Shown here piece by piece: positions 36,021 through 46,382 of a stretch of DNA of 64,000 bases; within the stretch, counting starts at the first letter, position 1, and every line of letters starts with the position of its first letter. The position numbers were made by a program, and so were the translations under genes. Source of the stretch: a virus (lineage: Duplodnaviria > Caudoviricetes); IMG/VR virus record IMGVR_UViG_3300021431_004532, positions 5,612 through 69,611 of that record. One strand, written 5' to 3'. The notes under the pieces are model-generated. The model did not search any database, was not told where the DNA came from, and worked only from the letters and a program-made list of their open reading frames with translations.

Positions 36021-36418
36021 AGTCAGATATTCTCATAAAAGACGATATACACAAGATTGTTAAAGCTAGTCCGCTTGCATCAGAAGTAACGGGCAGTCTG
36101 TGTAAACAGGGTGTAAGACCGAAAGGCTCTGACAAGGAAGACATAGTTATTTCTGTCATATCTAACGAAAATGGTCAGATACAGTCTGCTGTTGTTAACG
36201 TCAATATTTATGTGAACGACATCATCAAGAAAGACGGACAGAACATAGAAGACTCCCTCAGGCTCCGTTATCTGTGCGGAATAGCATCAGAGGTGTTAGA
36301 GGTAGGCAGCGGTGAGGATTTCCGTTTCACTCTTAAAAGCCAACGTGTACTGGAAGTCGCAGAAGCCAACGTCCATGTAATAAACAACAAACTAGAGTAT
36401 AAACAAGTAAACGAATAA
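36017..36418 (+). CDS. Tail terminator protein
   Basis: Position before major tail gene; EDIVISV...VNVNIYV. Confidence 0.6.
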   Translation: MKSDILIKDDIHKIVKASPLASEVTGSLCKQGVRPKGSDKEDIVISVISNENGQIQSAVVNVNIYVNDIIKKDGQNIEDSLRLRYLCGIASEVLEVGSGEDFRFTLKSQRVLEVAEANVHVINNKLEYKQVNE

Positions 36419-36422
36419 GAAT

Positions 36423-36995
36423 ATGAAAATCGGATGGGGAAAGCCACGCTTGTTCACTAAGAATGCGGACAAGCCAAATAGCAAGGCATACGAACTTGCT
36501 ACTCCTGTTGAGGATTCTACCGAGTTGACACCTACAAAGGGCGACAAGATGGAAGCCAAGATAGAGGGCGGTGAGAACGAAGACGTCAAGTACAAGCGTT
36601 CCACCTATGCACTTAACTACAACATCAGAAAGGCTAAGGCTCGCAAGGCTCCATTCCCTGCTGTTGACGGTCTAGTTGACGACCACTTTGGCATTATGCT
36701 TATGCCTGAGGATTCAACCTGTGAGGGATTCTTGATTGAGAGTTCTACGGTAAGTGTCGACGACACCTTCACTGCTGCTGACGGTGCTATCTGGCAGATT
36801 CAGCATGACGCTGTCAAGGCTGAGGAAGGCGACACCGTTAAGTGGGGTACTGTCGAGATTGTCGAAGAGAACAACAAGACGTATGTCAAGTTTACTGAAC
36901 GCTCTTCTGCAGAGAGCGAAGACACGCCATACGAGGTTCAGTGGGAGATTGACCCTGAAGCTAACACCAATGGCGCCGCAGGCAAGCCAGAATAA
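36423..36995 (+). CDS. Major tail tube protein
   Basis: IGWGKP...TPVEDSTELTPTKGDKMEAKIEGGENED. Confidence 0.75.
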   Translation: MKIGWGKPRLFTKNADKPNSKAYELATPVEDSTELTPTKGDKMEAKIEGGENEDVKYKRSTYALNYNIRKAKARKAPFPAVDGLVDDHFGIMLMPEDSTCEGFLIESSTVSVDDTFTAADGAIWQIQHDAVKAEEGDTVKWGTVEIVEENNKTYVKFTERSSAESEDTPYEVQWEIDPEANTNGAAGKPE

Positions 36996-37009
36996 GAGTA
37001 ATTAAAACC

Positions 37010-37042
37010 TTTTGCCCTTCTGTCTAGTATGGGAGGGCAAAA
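37010..37042. terminator. Hairpin between tail tube gene and tRNA
   Basis: TTTTGCCCT/AGGGCAAAA inverted repeat. Confidence 0.5.
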
Positions 37043-37045
37043 CAT

Positions 37046-37118
37046 CACGGAGTAGAGCAGTTGGTAGCTCGCTACGCTCATAACGTAGAGGCCGTAGGTT
37101 CGAATCCTGCCTCCGTAA
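37046..37118 (+). tRNA. tRNA-Met(CAT), initiator-like
   Basis: Full cloverleaf; C1xA72 mismatch; loop CTCATAA; no encoded CCA. Confidence 0.9.
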
Positions 37119-37120
37119 CT

Positions 37121-37843
37121 ATGAAAATTGATATGAAGATAGAACAAGACATAGCAGACGTTGTAATGGGAAGACCTTATGGTTTCTCAGTCGGTAACAG
37201 CCACTTCTATCTTTACCCAGAGTCTCTAGGTAAGATGTATTTGCTTCAGCGATTAACTGAGCAGTTGGAGATAAATGAAGATAACCTGGAGACAAATGCC
37301 TCCCTTGAAGTTTTACGATTGGTAAAAGAGAAAAGGGAGATATGCCTTACAATTATTGTCTATCATACTTGCAGAAGCAAGAATCAGGTATTCACCCAAA
37401 CACTCATAGAGAAAAGAAAGAGACTCTTCGACAAAGAACTCTCAGAAGAAGAACTGGCATCACTCATGATGATAGTTCTACCTAAAGACAAGACAGCCCT
37501 TTACGCAAAACATTTAGGCATCGACAAAGAGCATGACGCACTACAGACTGCTGTGCGTATTAAAAGTAAAGACGATAAGGGCAATCTGAATTTCGGAGGG
37601 GTATCGGTATTCGGTGCACTCATAGACGCAGCATGTGAGCGTTACGGGTGGACCAAAGAGTATGTTGTATGGGGAATTGACTATGTTTCACTACGTTTAA
37701 TGCTGGCAGATAAGCCAACATCGATGTATTTGACGAAAGAAGAAATGAACAAGCTCCCTGCTAACCTCGCCAACAGAAACGAAGACGTAGTCAAGGCTGA
37801 CAAGGAAAACATGGAGAAAATCAAGTCCATGGACTGGAAGTAG
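37121..37843 (+). CDS. Tail assembly chaperone (G and T parts in one frame)
   Basis: Between tail tube and tape measure; C-terminal YGWTKEYVVWGIDYVSLRLMLAD. Confidence 0.7.
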   Translation: MKIDMKIEQDIADVVMGRPYGFSVGNSHFYLYPESLGKMYLLQRLTEQLEINEDNLETNASLEVLRLVKEKREICLTIIVYHTCRSKNQVFTQTLIEKRKRLFDKELSEEELASLMMIVLPKDKTALYAKHLGIDKEHDALQTAVRIKSKDDKGNLNFGGVSVFGALIDAACERYGWTKEYVVWGIDYVSLRLMLADKPTSMYLTKEEMNKLPANLANRNEDVVKADKENMEKIKSMDWK

Positions 37844-37897
37844 AAATAAACAAATGTAACACTCAGCGCACGTGCGTGCGCAAGACTGAGAAAAGAT

Positions 37898-40800
37898 ATG
37901 CCACTAAGATTTGACATAACGGGCGACAACAGCAACTTTCTGAGTAGTCTGGAAGGTGCCAGGCAGAACGTACACAGGACTGCACGTGATATAGAGCAGA
38001 GCGGTTTGGGCATAGAGGATATGTTCAAGCGCATTGGTGCTGCAGCAGGTCTAGCATTCTCCCTCGACCAAGCCAAAAGTTTTATAGGCAAGGTGGCAGA
38101 GGTTCGTGCATACTTCCAAGACATCGAGAGCACCATGAAGGTCTTTCTCGGAAATGAGCAGAAAGCAACCCAGTTCACAGAGGCCTTGAAGGACTATGCC
38201 TACTACAATATGTACGAATTCTCTCAGTTGGCAGATGCAAGTAAGCAGATGATAGCCTATGGTCATTCTGTTGATACTGTCATTCCTCGTCTGGATCAGC
38301 TGAGTAACATTGCCACTGGTACAAATGCTGACCTCATGGAGCTGGTTGACCTGTACAACAGAGCCAAGAACTTAGGTGAGGTGGGTAGTCAGGGTCTTGC
38401 GAGCTGGGCTACCAAAGGTCTTGTCGTTAAGGACGTGCTAAAGGAAATGGGCGAAGAGGTTAAGGGTTCTACCGTGACCTTTGAGCAGTTGAATAAGGTA
38501 CTTGACAAGGTGACTGGTGAGGGTGGTATGTTCCATAACCTTATGCTTGAGCAAATGGAGAACATTTCGGCAGAGCAGGGTCAGTTGCAGGACAACCTCG
38601 ATGCCATGTATAATGAGATAGGTGAAAAGTATCAGGATTATATCACTGGTGTCTACAAGGCGGAGTCATGGATGGTTGACCACTATAAGGAGATTGCTCA
38701 GGTGATAGCAGACGTGATTGTTGCCTACGGTTCGTACAAGGGCGCTCTCATGGCAGCAAACGCCATAGAGAAAATACACGTTATGTGGGTGTCACTGGAG
38801 GAAACAGCGCACCTTCAGAATGTCCTTGCTACTGAGGCAGAAATAGCAGCAAAGGGAAAGGCGACAGTAGCAACAGTTCTCTTTGACAGGGCGCTAAAGG
38901 CTTTGAACGCCACCCTGCTTGCTAACCCTTACTCTATTGCTGCAGTGGCATTATCTGCAGTGGCATTTGGTATCTACAAACTTGTTTCATCGACAGATGA
39001 CGCAAGCGAGTCTCAAGAAAGACTTAAAGCAGTGATAGCTGAAACAGATAGTAAGATAGTATCTGAGCAGGATTCTATTGACCACCTGTTTAACAAACTC
39101 CGTAAGGCAAAGGAAGGGACAGAGGAGTATAAGAATACGAAAGAAAAGATACTCTCTCAATACGGAAAGTATCTGAAAGGACTGAATAACGAAATATCAA
39201 CCCTTAAAGATGTAGAAGGGGCGTACAAGGCTGTTGCCAAAGCAGCAAGAGAGGCTTCTATAGCAAGAGGCAAAGATGCAGCACTGAAAGAAGTTCAAGA
39301 TAATCACGGAAAGGTTTATAGTGATAATATAAGTAAACTTCAGGAAGCCCTGAATAAAAAAGTTGGAGAAAAGAAAGCTACCAGCACACTTACTAAGATA
39401 CAGAAAGAACTCAGGAAGACTGGCACTATAAGTGCTCAGACAGAAAACGAGGTTAGAAATCTGCTTAAAGGGACATTTGACTATGGTAATTCTGGGGCAT
39501 GGATAACAGGTCTGAGAAATAATGAAAGAAACCTCAGTCAAATGACGAAGTTGGTAGAGGAAAGATTTCAGTTAGAAGAAGAAGAAAATAAGGAGTCAGA
39601 AGAAGACACAAAAGACAAGAAAAAAGACACCATTCGCAATAAGGAGATTATTGAGGAAGAGCGAAAGAACCTCAAGGAAGAATTAGAAAATCTCGACCTC
39701 AAAGAGGCTAAAGGCGAAAAAGGTCGTAAAATCAAAGAAAAGATAAAGAAACTCGATAAGGAATTAAACGAGTTTGATGTAAAGGGTGGATCTGCTGGTG
39801 GTTCAAAGAACAATGTTGAAACACGTTCTGCAGAAGCTATCAAGGCAGAGTTAGAGTATCGGGACAAACTCAATGAAATCCGACAGCAGTCATCCGATGA
39901 GCAGGAGAAAGCCGACATTTCTGCTGAAAGGGATAGATTTGAACGTGAGAGAAAAGAGAGGAAGCTACAGCATGACCTCACACTCCGTCAGATAGAAGAT
40001 GAGTATCAGGAGATATTCAAGACTATCTATGAGATTCGTAAGAAGAATTGGGAGAACACCCACAAAGACAGCCCTTACGAGAACACTGAACTCGGTAAGT
40101 TAGGCTGGCGTGGTGTTTCTGGTTCTACCTTGAACGATAAAGAGCGCGCCCTTGTATCTGCTGCAGAAGAAAAGCGTAACTCCAGAAGGAAGCAGACAGA
40201 GGAGGAATACACTCGCTTTATCAGGGAGCAGGAGAAAGAACGTGAAAAGAGTCTCAATGACTACTACAAAGAGTATGGCACACGTGAAGAGAAAAGGGCT
40301 GCTCTGGTAAAGGAATACGAGGAACAGATAAAGCAAGCACGCAGTGAGGGTGACATGGGCAAAATGCTCACTGCACATGCACAGATGCTTGACTCTCTTA
40401 GGCAGTTTGACGCTGACACCATAAAGGAAAATCTGAACTGGGATGCGATATTCTCGGACATCACTAATTACGACCTCCAGTTCTTGACGAGTCTTGAGAA
40501 GCAGTTACAACAGGCAATGAAAGACGGTATCGAGCAAGGTATCGATGCCGTTGACCTAAAGGCTATTGGTGACAAACTGCAAGAGGCGAAAGATTTGATT
40601 GCCAACCGAAAGACTGGCATCTTTGATACCGAAAGGCTGTTGGGTGGCAGTTGGATGGGTAATGTGTCACAGACACGTAGCGCACAACGCCAAAAGGAGC
40701 AACGTGCTGCAAAGGCACAGCAAGACCTCTTGGCAGCCAACCAGAAGAAAGAGCAGGCTTTGAGGAACAAGCAGAATGCTCAAATGGAGGCTGACTTTGC

Positions 40801-42406
40801 AGAGACAATGTTTGGCAAGGGAAGCGACAAGGCGAAGAAGGCTTTGGAGGATCTTGGCAAGGCGGCAGACGAGGCTACACAGGCAGACAAGGCGGCAACG
40901 GTAACAAGCGAAGAGGCTGTAAAGGCTCAGTCGGCAGCAATGCAGGGAGCAAAGGCGGCTCCACTGGCTATCACTGACGCAATCATTCACGGTGTCAACG
41001 ATAACCTGCAGTCGGCTAACACCATGTTCCAGGAATGGGGTATCGGAAGCGAAGAGTTCAGACAGAAGTTTGCTCTCTTTGCAGACAGCTCGGCTAAGGC
41101 AACACAAGCATTTGACTCACTGAAGCAGGGCGATGTGTTCGGTACTATCTACAACCTCGGAGGTGCCGTATCTTCACTCGGAGAGAGTTTAGGACTGTGG
41201 TCTAACTCCAACGTAGCAGAGAAGGAAGCAGAGATAGAGGCAAGAGAGAATGCCAACAAAGAACTTGTCAAAGCCTTGCAAGACCTCACCAAAGCGTTTA
41301 AGAATTCCGACCTTTCCAAAGGTGTCACGACCTTTGAGAAAGCCCTTAGCGTGCTTAACTCACAGATAGACAATGCAAGGAGAAATGTCACAGATAAGAT
41401 GGACGAATATGACGGTCATCACTCTACACGATACTACTCCGACGATGCCACACATACACTGGAGGACCTTGCATACAGGGCAGCTCAGAGAGGTGTTATC
41501 AGTAAAGACCATAGATTTTCAGGTAATGAGAATATCAACTGGATTATCAATGAGTTCTCCCCTGAGGAACTTGCAAAGATGCGTGCCTTTGACGCCAGTG
41601 CATGGACTAAGGCAATGGAGCAACTGAGGGATGCCGACAAGGCAGGTCTTGGTGCTACAGACAGATTTGTCGCTTATGTCGATGAATATGCTACAGCCGT
41701 CAAAGACCTTGAAAGACAATGGAAAGAAACGGTAACAAACCTTTCGTGGGACTCGTTAAAGAGCAGTTTTTCTTCTGCTTTGAACGATATGACCAAAGAT
41801 GTCAAAGACTGGTCCAATGATGTAGATGATATTTTCCGTAGCAATGTGTCTAACTATATTTCCACTAAGTACACCAGTACGGACACAACAGACGGTCAAC
41901 AAGAGGGCAGACTGACTAAGTGGTACGACAAGTTGGCAGAGTACACAGAATCAGCAGGTCTTGACGCTAGGGAAGCAGCAGAACTGAGGTCTGAGTATCT
42001 TGCTATACAGCAGGAGGCAAATGCTGAAAGAGACAGGTGGTATTCTCTCCTTGACCTCGATGATGTTTCGTCTTCAGAGGCTCAGGGGACTATCAATGGC
42101 ATCAAGTCTATCAGTGATGATACTGGCAATGAAATAGTCGGTGGCGTCACTGCTACACGTATAGGTGTAGAGAGGGGCAATATTCAGCGTGAAGAACTAT
42201 CAAGGCAGATAGGAGACGGTATCATCAGTCTACGCAGTATCACGGAGGTTTCCACACGTAATAATGAGGTGTTGAATGAGATACTGGATCAGCAGGTACG
42301 AAGTAATGGTTACCTCTATGACATCGTAGAGCATAACAAGAACATCTACAATGAATTTGGTATTGAAATCAGAGCCATAAGAAAGAAACTAGAGACATCG
42401 CTATAA
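37898..42406 (+). CDS. Tape measure protein
   Basis: 1502 aa, helical Ala/Glu/Lys-rich; tape-measure N-terminal motif. Confidence 0.9.
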   Translation: MPLRFDITGDNSNFLSSLEGARQNVHRTARDIEQSGLGIEDMFKRIGAAAGLAFSLDQAKSFIGKVAEVRAYFQDIESTMKVFLGNEQKATQFTEALKDYAYYNMYEFSQLADASKQMIAYGHSVDTVIPRLDQLSNIATGTNADLMELVDLYNRAKNLGEVGSQGLASWATKGLVVKDVLKEMGEEVKGSTVTFEQLNKVLDKVTGEGGMFHNLMLEQMENISAEQGQLQDNLDAMYNEIGEKYQDYITGVYKAESWMVDHYKEIAQVIADVIVAYGSYKGALMAANAIEKIHVMWVSLEETAHLQNVLATEAEIAAKGKATVATVLFDRALKALNATLLANPYSIAAVALSAVAFGIYKLVSSTDDASESQERLKAVIAETDSKIVSEQDSIDHLFNKLRKAKEGTEEYKNTKEKILSQYGKYLKGLNNEISTLKDVEGAYKAVAKAAREASIARGKDAALKEVQDNHGKVYSDNISKLQEALNKKVGEKKATSTLTKIQKELRKTGTISAQTENEVRNLLKGTFDYGNSGAWITGLRNNERNLSQMTKLVEERFQLEEEENKESEEDTKDKKKDTIRNKEIIEEERKNLKEELENLDLKEAKGEKGRKIKEKIKKLDKELNEFDVKGGSAGGSKNNVETRSAEAIKAELEYRDKLNEIRQQSSDEQEKADISAERDRFERERKERKLQHDLTLRQIEDEYQEIFKTIYEIRKKNWENTHKDSPYENTELGKLGWRGVSGSTLNDKERALVSAAEEKRNSRRKQTEEEYTRFIREQEKEREKSLNDYYKEYGTREEKRAALVKEYEEQIKQARSEGDMGKMLTAHAQMLDSLRQFDADTIKENLNWDAIFSDITNYDLQFLTSLEKQLQQAMKDGIEQGIDAVDLKAIGDKLQEAKDLIANRKTGIFDTERLLGGSWMGNVSQTRSAQRQKEQRAAKAQQDLLAANQKKEQALRNKQNAQMEADFAETMFGKGSDKAKKALEDLGKAADEATQADKAATVTSEEAVKAQSAAMQGAKAAPLAITDAIIHGVNDNLQSANTMFQEWGIGSEEFRQKFALFADSSAKATQAFDSLKQGDVFGTIYNLGGAVSSLGESLGLWSNSNVAEKEAEIEARENANKELVKALQDLTKAFKNSDLSKGVTTFEKALSVLNSQIDNARRNVTDKMDEYDGHHSTRYYSDDATHTLEDLAYRAAQRGVISKDHRFSGNENINWIINEFSPEELAKMRAFDASAWTKAMEQLRDADKAGLGATDRFVAYVDEYATAVKDLERQWKETVTNLSWDSLKSSFSSALNDMTKDVKDWSNDVDDIFRSNVSNYISTKYTSTDTTDGQQEGRLTKWYDKLAEYTESAGLDAREAAELRSEYLAIQQEANAERDRWYSLLDLDDVSSSEAQGTINGIKSISDDTGNEIVGGVTATRIGVERGNIQREELSRQIGDGIISLRSITEVSTRNNEVLNEILDQQVRSNGYLYDIVEHNKNIYNEFGIEIRAIRKKLETSL

Positions 42407-42837
42407 TGACACAGGATTTAATCATAAATGGCAAGAATGCTAGAGAGGAATGGGGTGTATTCGCTACAGAGACATCCTTGACTGAGTTGATGACTCCCCC
42501 ACCCCAGAAAGACCTCGTGAGCAACGAGAGTCGCCTGGAGCATGGTAAGAGGGTGATAACCAAAAATCCCAAAGTGAAAGATAGAGACGTTACGTTGACA
42601 CTGAACTTTGTGGCACCTTCAGAGAGAGCTTTCCTTGATAACTACGCATCGTTCTGTCAGGAACTTGCCAAAGGCAGGCTGGAGATACGCATAGACTACA
42701 TTCCGAGAGTAGTCTATCGTATGGACTACAAGGACTGCACGCAGTTCAAGGAATTCAGAAGACGCATGGCAAAGGCTTCTTTGAGGCTTAACGAACCAGA
42801 CCCTACCAACAGGGGAATAATTGACAACAGCAGGTGA
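42406..42837 (+). CDS. Distal tail (Dit-like) protein
   Basis: 143 aa right after TMP; LNEPDPTNR end. Confidence 0.7.
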   Translation: MTQDLIINGKNAREEWGVFATETSLTELMTPPPQKDLVSNESRLEHGKRVITKNPKVKDRDVTLTLNFVAPSERAFLDNYASFCQELAKGRLEIRIDYIPRVVYRMDYKDCTQFKEFRRRMAKASLRLNEPDPTNRGIIDNSR

Positions 42838-45800
42838 TATGCTTGAACGTACCAAATCATACATAAAGATATGTAATCCGTCAGGAGAGGTGATAGTCTC
42901 AGTGCCTATCACTCCTGATTGCCGTAGGGTTAAGAAACTTATGGAAGCAGACAATATCGCCATAAAGTTCAACTCTACAGAGGCAATACCTATTCCAGTC
43001 GGCTCGTATATCGATGATGAGATATTTGGCAGGTTCTTCTTAACGGAAGAGCAGTTACCCTCATGGGACAAAGGTATAGGTGGTTACATCTATGACCTTC
43101 GTTTTGACGCATGGTACTACTTATGGTCGTTGAAGAAGAATATGCTTGTCACACCCTCTGTTATGTGGGCACGCAAAGAAACCTCATGGACGTTGACAGG
43201 CAACCTTGAAAGTCATGCACGTGAGATATACCATAACCTGCTGGCACAGAATTTTGTTGAAAGGAGCTATGATTCTCAGTACACTGGAGGATATATAAAT
43301 CGTTTCTGTGCGAAAAGGGAGTATATCAATGGTGAATGGCAAGTCAGGATATATGCCAAGTTTGCTGTACAATATGACACCCTATTTCGTATTGAGTATG
43401 ATTACGAAGATGGAGTTGAATATACATCATATCCTTATGTAGTGATAAGAAAAGGTGAGCATGTATCTAATTTCATATCAGTCTTCGAAGACAGAATTGA
43501 CAACGAGTATGGTTTCCACAATCTCGGTGAGAATAATAAGTTTACTGTTGCAGGCATTACGATAGCCGATAAGTATTATTACGAGGATGATGAACTGCAT
43601 GTAGATGTTATAGACCCTGATAATGAAAGAGTGATAAAGGGAGACACCCTTGAATATTATAGTTGGTATTCTGGTGTTTCTTATGCAGAAGTGTCTTATA
43701 TGTGGAATGACGTGGAATACTCTACCCTTGATGAGATAAAGACGGAAATGGGCATGAGTATGTCAGGGTACTGGTGGCACTTTGAGACAGAGGAAGATTA
43801 CGATGTAAATATTGACCCAGGAATAGAGGCAAATGCTCTCAATGCAGAGAGAGAGGTCAAGGTAGAAAATTTTGTTACCGAAGAGTCACACTTCATTGAT
43901 TACTTTGTCATATCTAACGATATAGCGAAGAAAAATCAGGCACTCACGATAAGTTACAAGGGTAGAGATATTCTGTCTGCTATAAAGGATATAGCCAACG
44001 CCTTTGAGTGTGAGTATTGGGTGACAATGGAGAATGAGAATTTCCCCTACCCTGCCTTCAAGGTGCATTTCGGTAAGTGTGAGATAGGAGACGAGAAAAT
44101 CATATCTTGCGAAGATTACAAAGAAAATGAGGAAGATGAGAATGAATTGCCTCTCAATGCAGAGAGTATAGCTATCAGCAAAGACCAGTCACAAATTGCT
44201 GATAAGTTCTTTGTTTTCGGCTCTCAGGACAATATTCCGTTTACATACGGAAAGAGGCTTTCAGCAAAGTGTGTTCATCTGTATAGCAGTTCTGCTGGAA
44301 AGTGTGCTTTCTTTCAGGTTCAAAATATCAACAAGGGTTACTATGGCTACATAGACGGTAACTGGTTCGGACACGAAGAAGCAGCCGACCCCCTTGTTAT
44401 CGAGAGAGGCACAATGGCAGAGAAATCTATCTCTGTTGTCAGTCGTGACACTGACAACTACGAATTTGAGGAGAAGATAGGTAGTCGTATACGCATCCCT
44501 GCTGGCAATTACACTCTGCAGGCACCAAGTGGTGGGACTCTGGCAGATTTGTTCAGACCTATCTCAGCGCATTTTGGTGCTTCTGGTGGCATATACCATG
44601 GCGATGATGATGTAGATGGTTACTACGGTGGATTAAACTTCGGTTTAATTAGAAGTGACGGAAAAGAATACATCTCTCTTGCACATGCAAGGAGAAGCGG
44701 TTTCTATAACAATGGAGATAGTATTCAGGCTGGAGTTGTTTTCGGATACAATGGCAGGTGGAGTGACTATACGACAATAAACAGCAGTGTAATCGTAAAG
44801 GGCGGTTATTATACGTTAGGCGTTTGGGGTGAGGTGTCAACTGACAGCGGCTCATTTTACTCTGGTAGTGGAAATGTAGAAGTAGTCAGTCCTTTGTCTT
44901 TGACTTTCACAGGAGAAGACTTAGGAAGAACGGAAATTACCATAAACTACAAAGGTAACGACTATCAGATTACAACAAACCCTGATTCTCTACCGAAGCC
45001 TAGTGTTGTCACAAAGGAGTATGACGGAAATGGTATGCGGTATTTTGCTTGCCTCCTACCTGACAACTTAGATATAAGCGTAGGTGAGGAAGTAGTATAT
45101 GTCAATGCAGACGAGCATATAGATATACCTCTGACGTATTTCACTGAGGATTTCGACAATGAAGCAGCTCTTTTGCAATTAGGAGAGAGAAGGTTGCATT
45201 TGCCACAGAACAGCAATCCTTCAAGCCTGGAGTATGTTGATAACCCTGACAATCCGAAATGGATTTGTCTCGGTGGAGTTATTCTGCCTTATGACAAAAG
45301 GCATGACACAGAGAATGTTTTTTTGAGGGAGACTGTCATTTCTTTCGATAAGGTGTACCCTAACGGAAAGATGAGGGTGAAGAAAGTTATCCCTGAAGAC
45401 AAGAAGAAAGTTGATAGTGACGAACAGACTGTCGAGGTCTATACGTGGGACTGGCATCAGTATCATTTGAGGCTCGTCTATGCGAATGGTGGTGCCGATG
45501 TGGAGTTTGACAAGAACTTCATTCTTGATGGTTATGAGTTAGGAATAAGATTCCTGCCTCCTTCGGATATTGAAGAAGACGACCCTGCAGACGGATTTAA
45601 GTTGTCAGGAATGCAGTTCTCTGTTGAATTCAACAAGAAGAAAGCCACCTTTAAGCCTAGTGGTTTTGATGTCACTATACCGACTGAAGAGGGTCAAAGC
45701 ATTACTGACGGCACTGTTACCTATACGAAAGACGACCTGAATAATGTATTCAGCATTGTCCGCAACAAGGATTTCGGTGCTATGTTGCCAAACGATATTC

Positions 45801-46369
45801 TGAACCCCAAAGAGGGTGATGCTTGCTGTCTCATCAACTGGGATGTGAGAGCGGTGTCTGCTCTCGGTCTTGTTCACGCTGCAGAAATGGAGTTGATGAA
45901 GAAAGGTTTTGAGTATGCTACAGCCTTGAAAGAAGGTAATGCAATGTTCACCTGTGATATGATGTCAAGCATTATGTTCGACTGGTTCGGAGAATATGTG
46001 AAGATGTATTCTGCTATCTACGGACCTATTGCGCTGTTTGAAGGCAACAATCTGGCTTTGTCTGACGGAAACGAAGACAGACTGCACGTAAGAAGCAGTA
46101 TTCCTACTGATTTCCTGAAGATGATCGAGGGCAATGGTCTTACGATGCTGGTAAGAAATCACCATGACGCATACCTAGTTCCTGACATAGGACAGAGAGT
46201 AAAAATCCGTCATGACGGTATCGCCAGCGGTTTCAAGAATACTCGCATAATAGGCATGGAGTTAAAACTGGATAAGCCGTATGACACTCCAAGATTTATC
46301 TGTGGAGAGACAGATGCTTACTCTAGGATTAAGCAATTAGAAAAAGAAATAACAAAATTGTCAAACTAA
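42821..46369 (+). CDS. Baseplate hub/Tal-like tail protein with large insertions
   Basis: 1182 aa after Dit; conserved segments (SWTLTG, HFGKCE, FVFGSQDNI, VYP) separated by beta-rich inserts. Confidence 0.7.
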   Translation: MTTAGDMLERTKSYIKICNPSGEVIVSVPITPDCRRVKKLMEADNIAIKFNSTEAIPIPVGSYIDDEIFGRFFLTEEQLPSWDKGIGGYIYDLRFDAWYYLWSLKKNMLVTPSVMWARKETSWTLTGNLESHAREIYHNLLAQNFVERSYDSQYTGGYINRFCAKREYINGEWQVRIYAKFAVQYDTLFRIEYDYEDGVEYTSYPYVVIRKGEHVSNFISVFEDRIDNEYGFHNLGENNKFTVAGITIADKYYYEDDELHVDVIDPDNERVIKGDTLEYYSWYSGVSYAEVSYMWNDVEYSTLDEIKTEMGMSMSGYWWHFETEEDYDVNIDPGIEANALNAEREVKVENFVTEESHFIDYFVISNDIAKKNQALTISYKGRDILSAIKDIANAFECEYWVTMENENFPYPAFKVHFGKCEIGDEKIISCEDYKENEEDENELPLNAESIAISKDQSQIADKFFVFGSQDNIPFTYGKRLSAKCVHLYSSSAGKCAFFQVQNINKGYYGYIDGNWFGHEEAADPLVIERGTMAEKSISVVSRDTDNYEFEEKIGSRIRIPAGNYTLQAPSGGTLADLFRPISAHFGASGGIYHGDDDVDGYYGGLNFGLIRSDGKEYISLAHARRSGFYNNGDSIQAGVVFGYNGRWSDYTTINSSVIVKGGYYTLGVWGEVSTDSGSFYSGSGNVEVVSPLSLTFTGEDLGRTEITINYKGNDYQITTNPDSLPKPSVVTKEYDGNGMRYFACLLPDNLDISVGEEVVYVNADEHIDIPLTYFTEDFDNEAALLQLGERRLHLPQNSNPSSLEYVDNPDNPKWICLGGVILPYDKRHDTENVFLRETVISFDKVYPNGKMRVKKVIPEDKKKVDSDEQTVEVYTWDWHQYHLRLVYANGGADVEFDKNFILDGYELGIRFLPPSDIEEDDPADGFKLSGMQFSVEFNKKKATFKPSGFDVTIPTEEGQSITDGTVTYTKDDLNNVFSIVRNKDFGAMLPNDILNPKEGDACCLINWDVRAVSALGLVHAAEMELMKKGFEYATALKEGNAMFTCDMMSSIMFDWFGEYVKMYSAIYGPIALFEGNNLALSDGNEDRLHVRSSIPTDFLKMIEGNGLTMLVRNHHDAYLVPDIGQRVKIRHDGIASGFKNTRIIGMELKLDKPYDTPRFICGETDAYSRIKQLEKEITKLSN

Positions 46370-46382
46370 AATCGGAAGAATT

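Noticed and set aside
37061-37120. N-terminal extension of the tail chaperone ORF
   Set aside because: Lies inside the tRNA-Met gene
37121-37897. Programmed -1 frameshift in the tail chaperone
   Set aside because: G- and T-like parts already lie in one reading frame; no frameshift is needed
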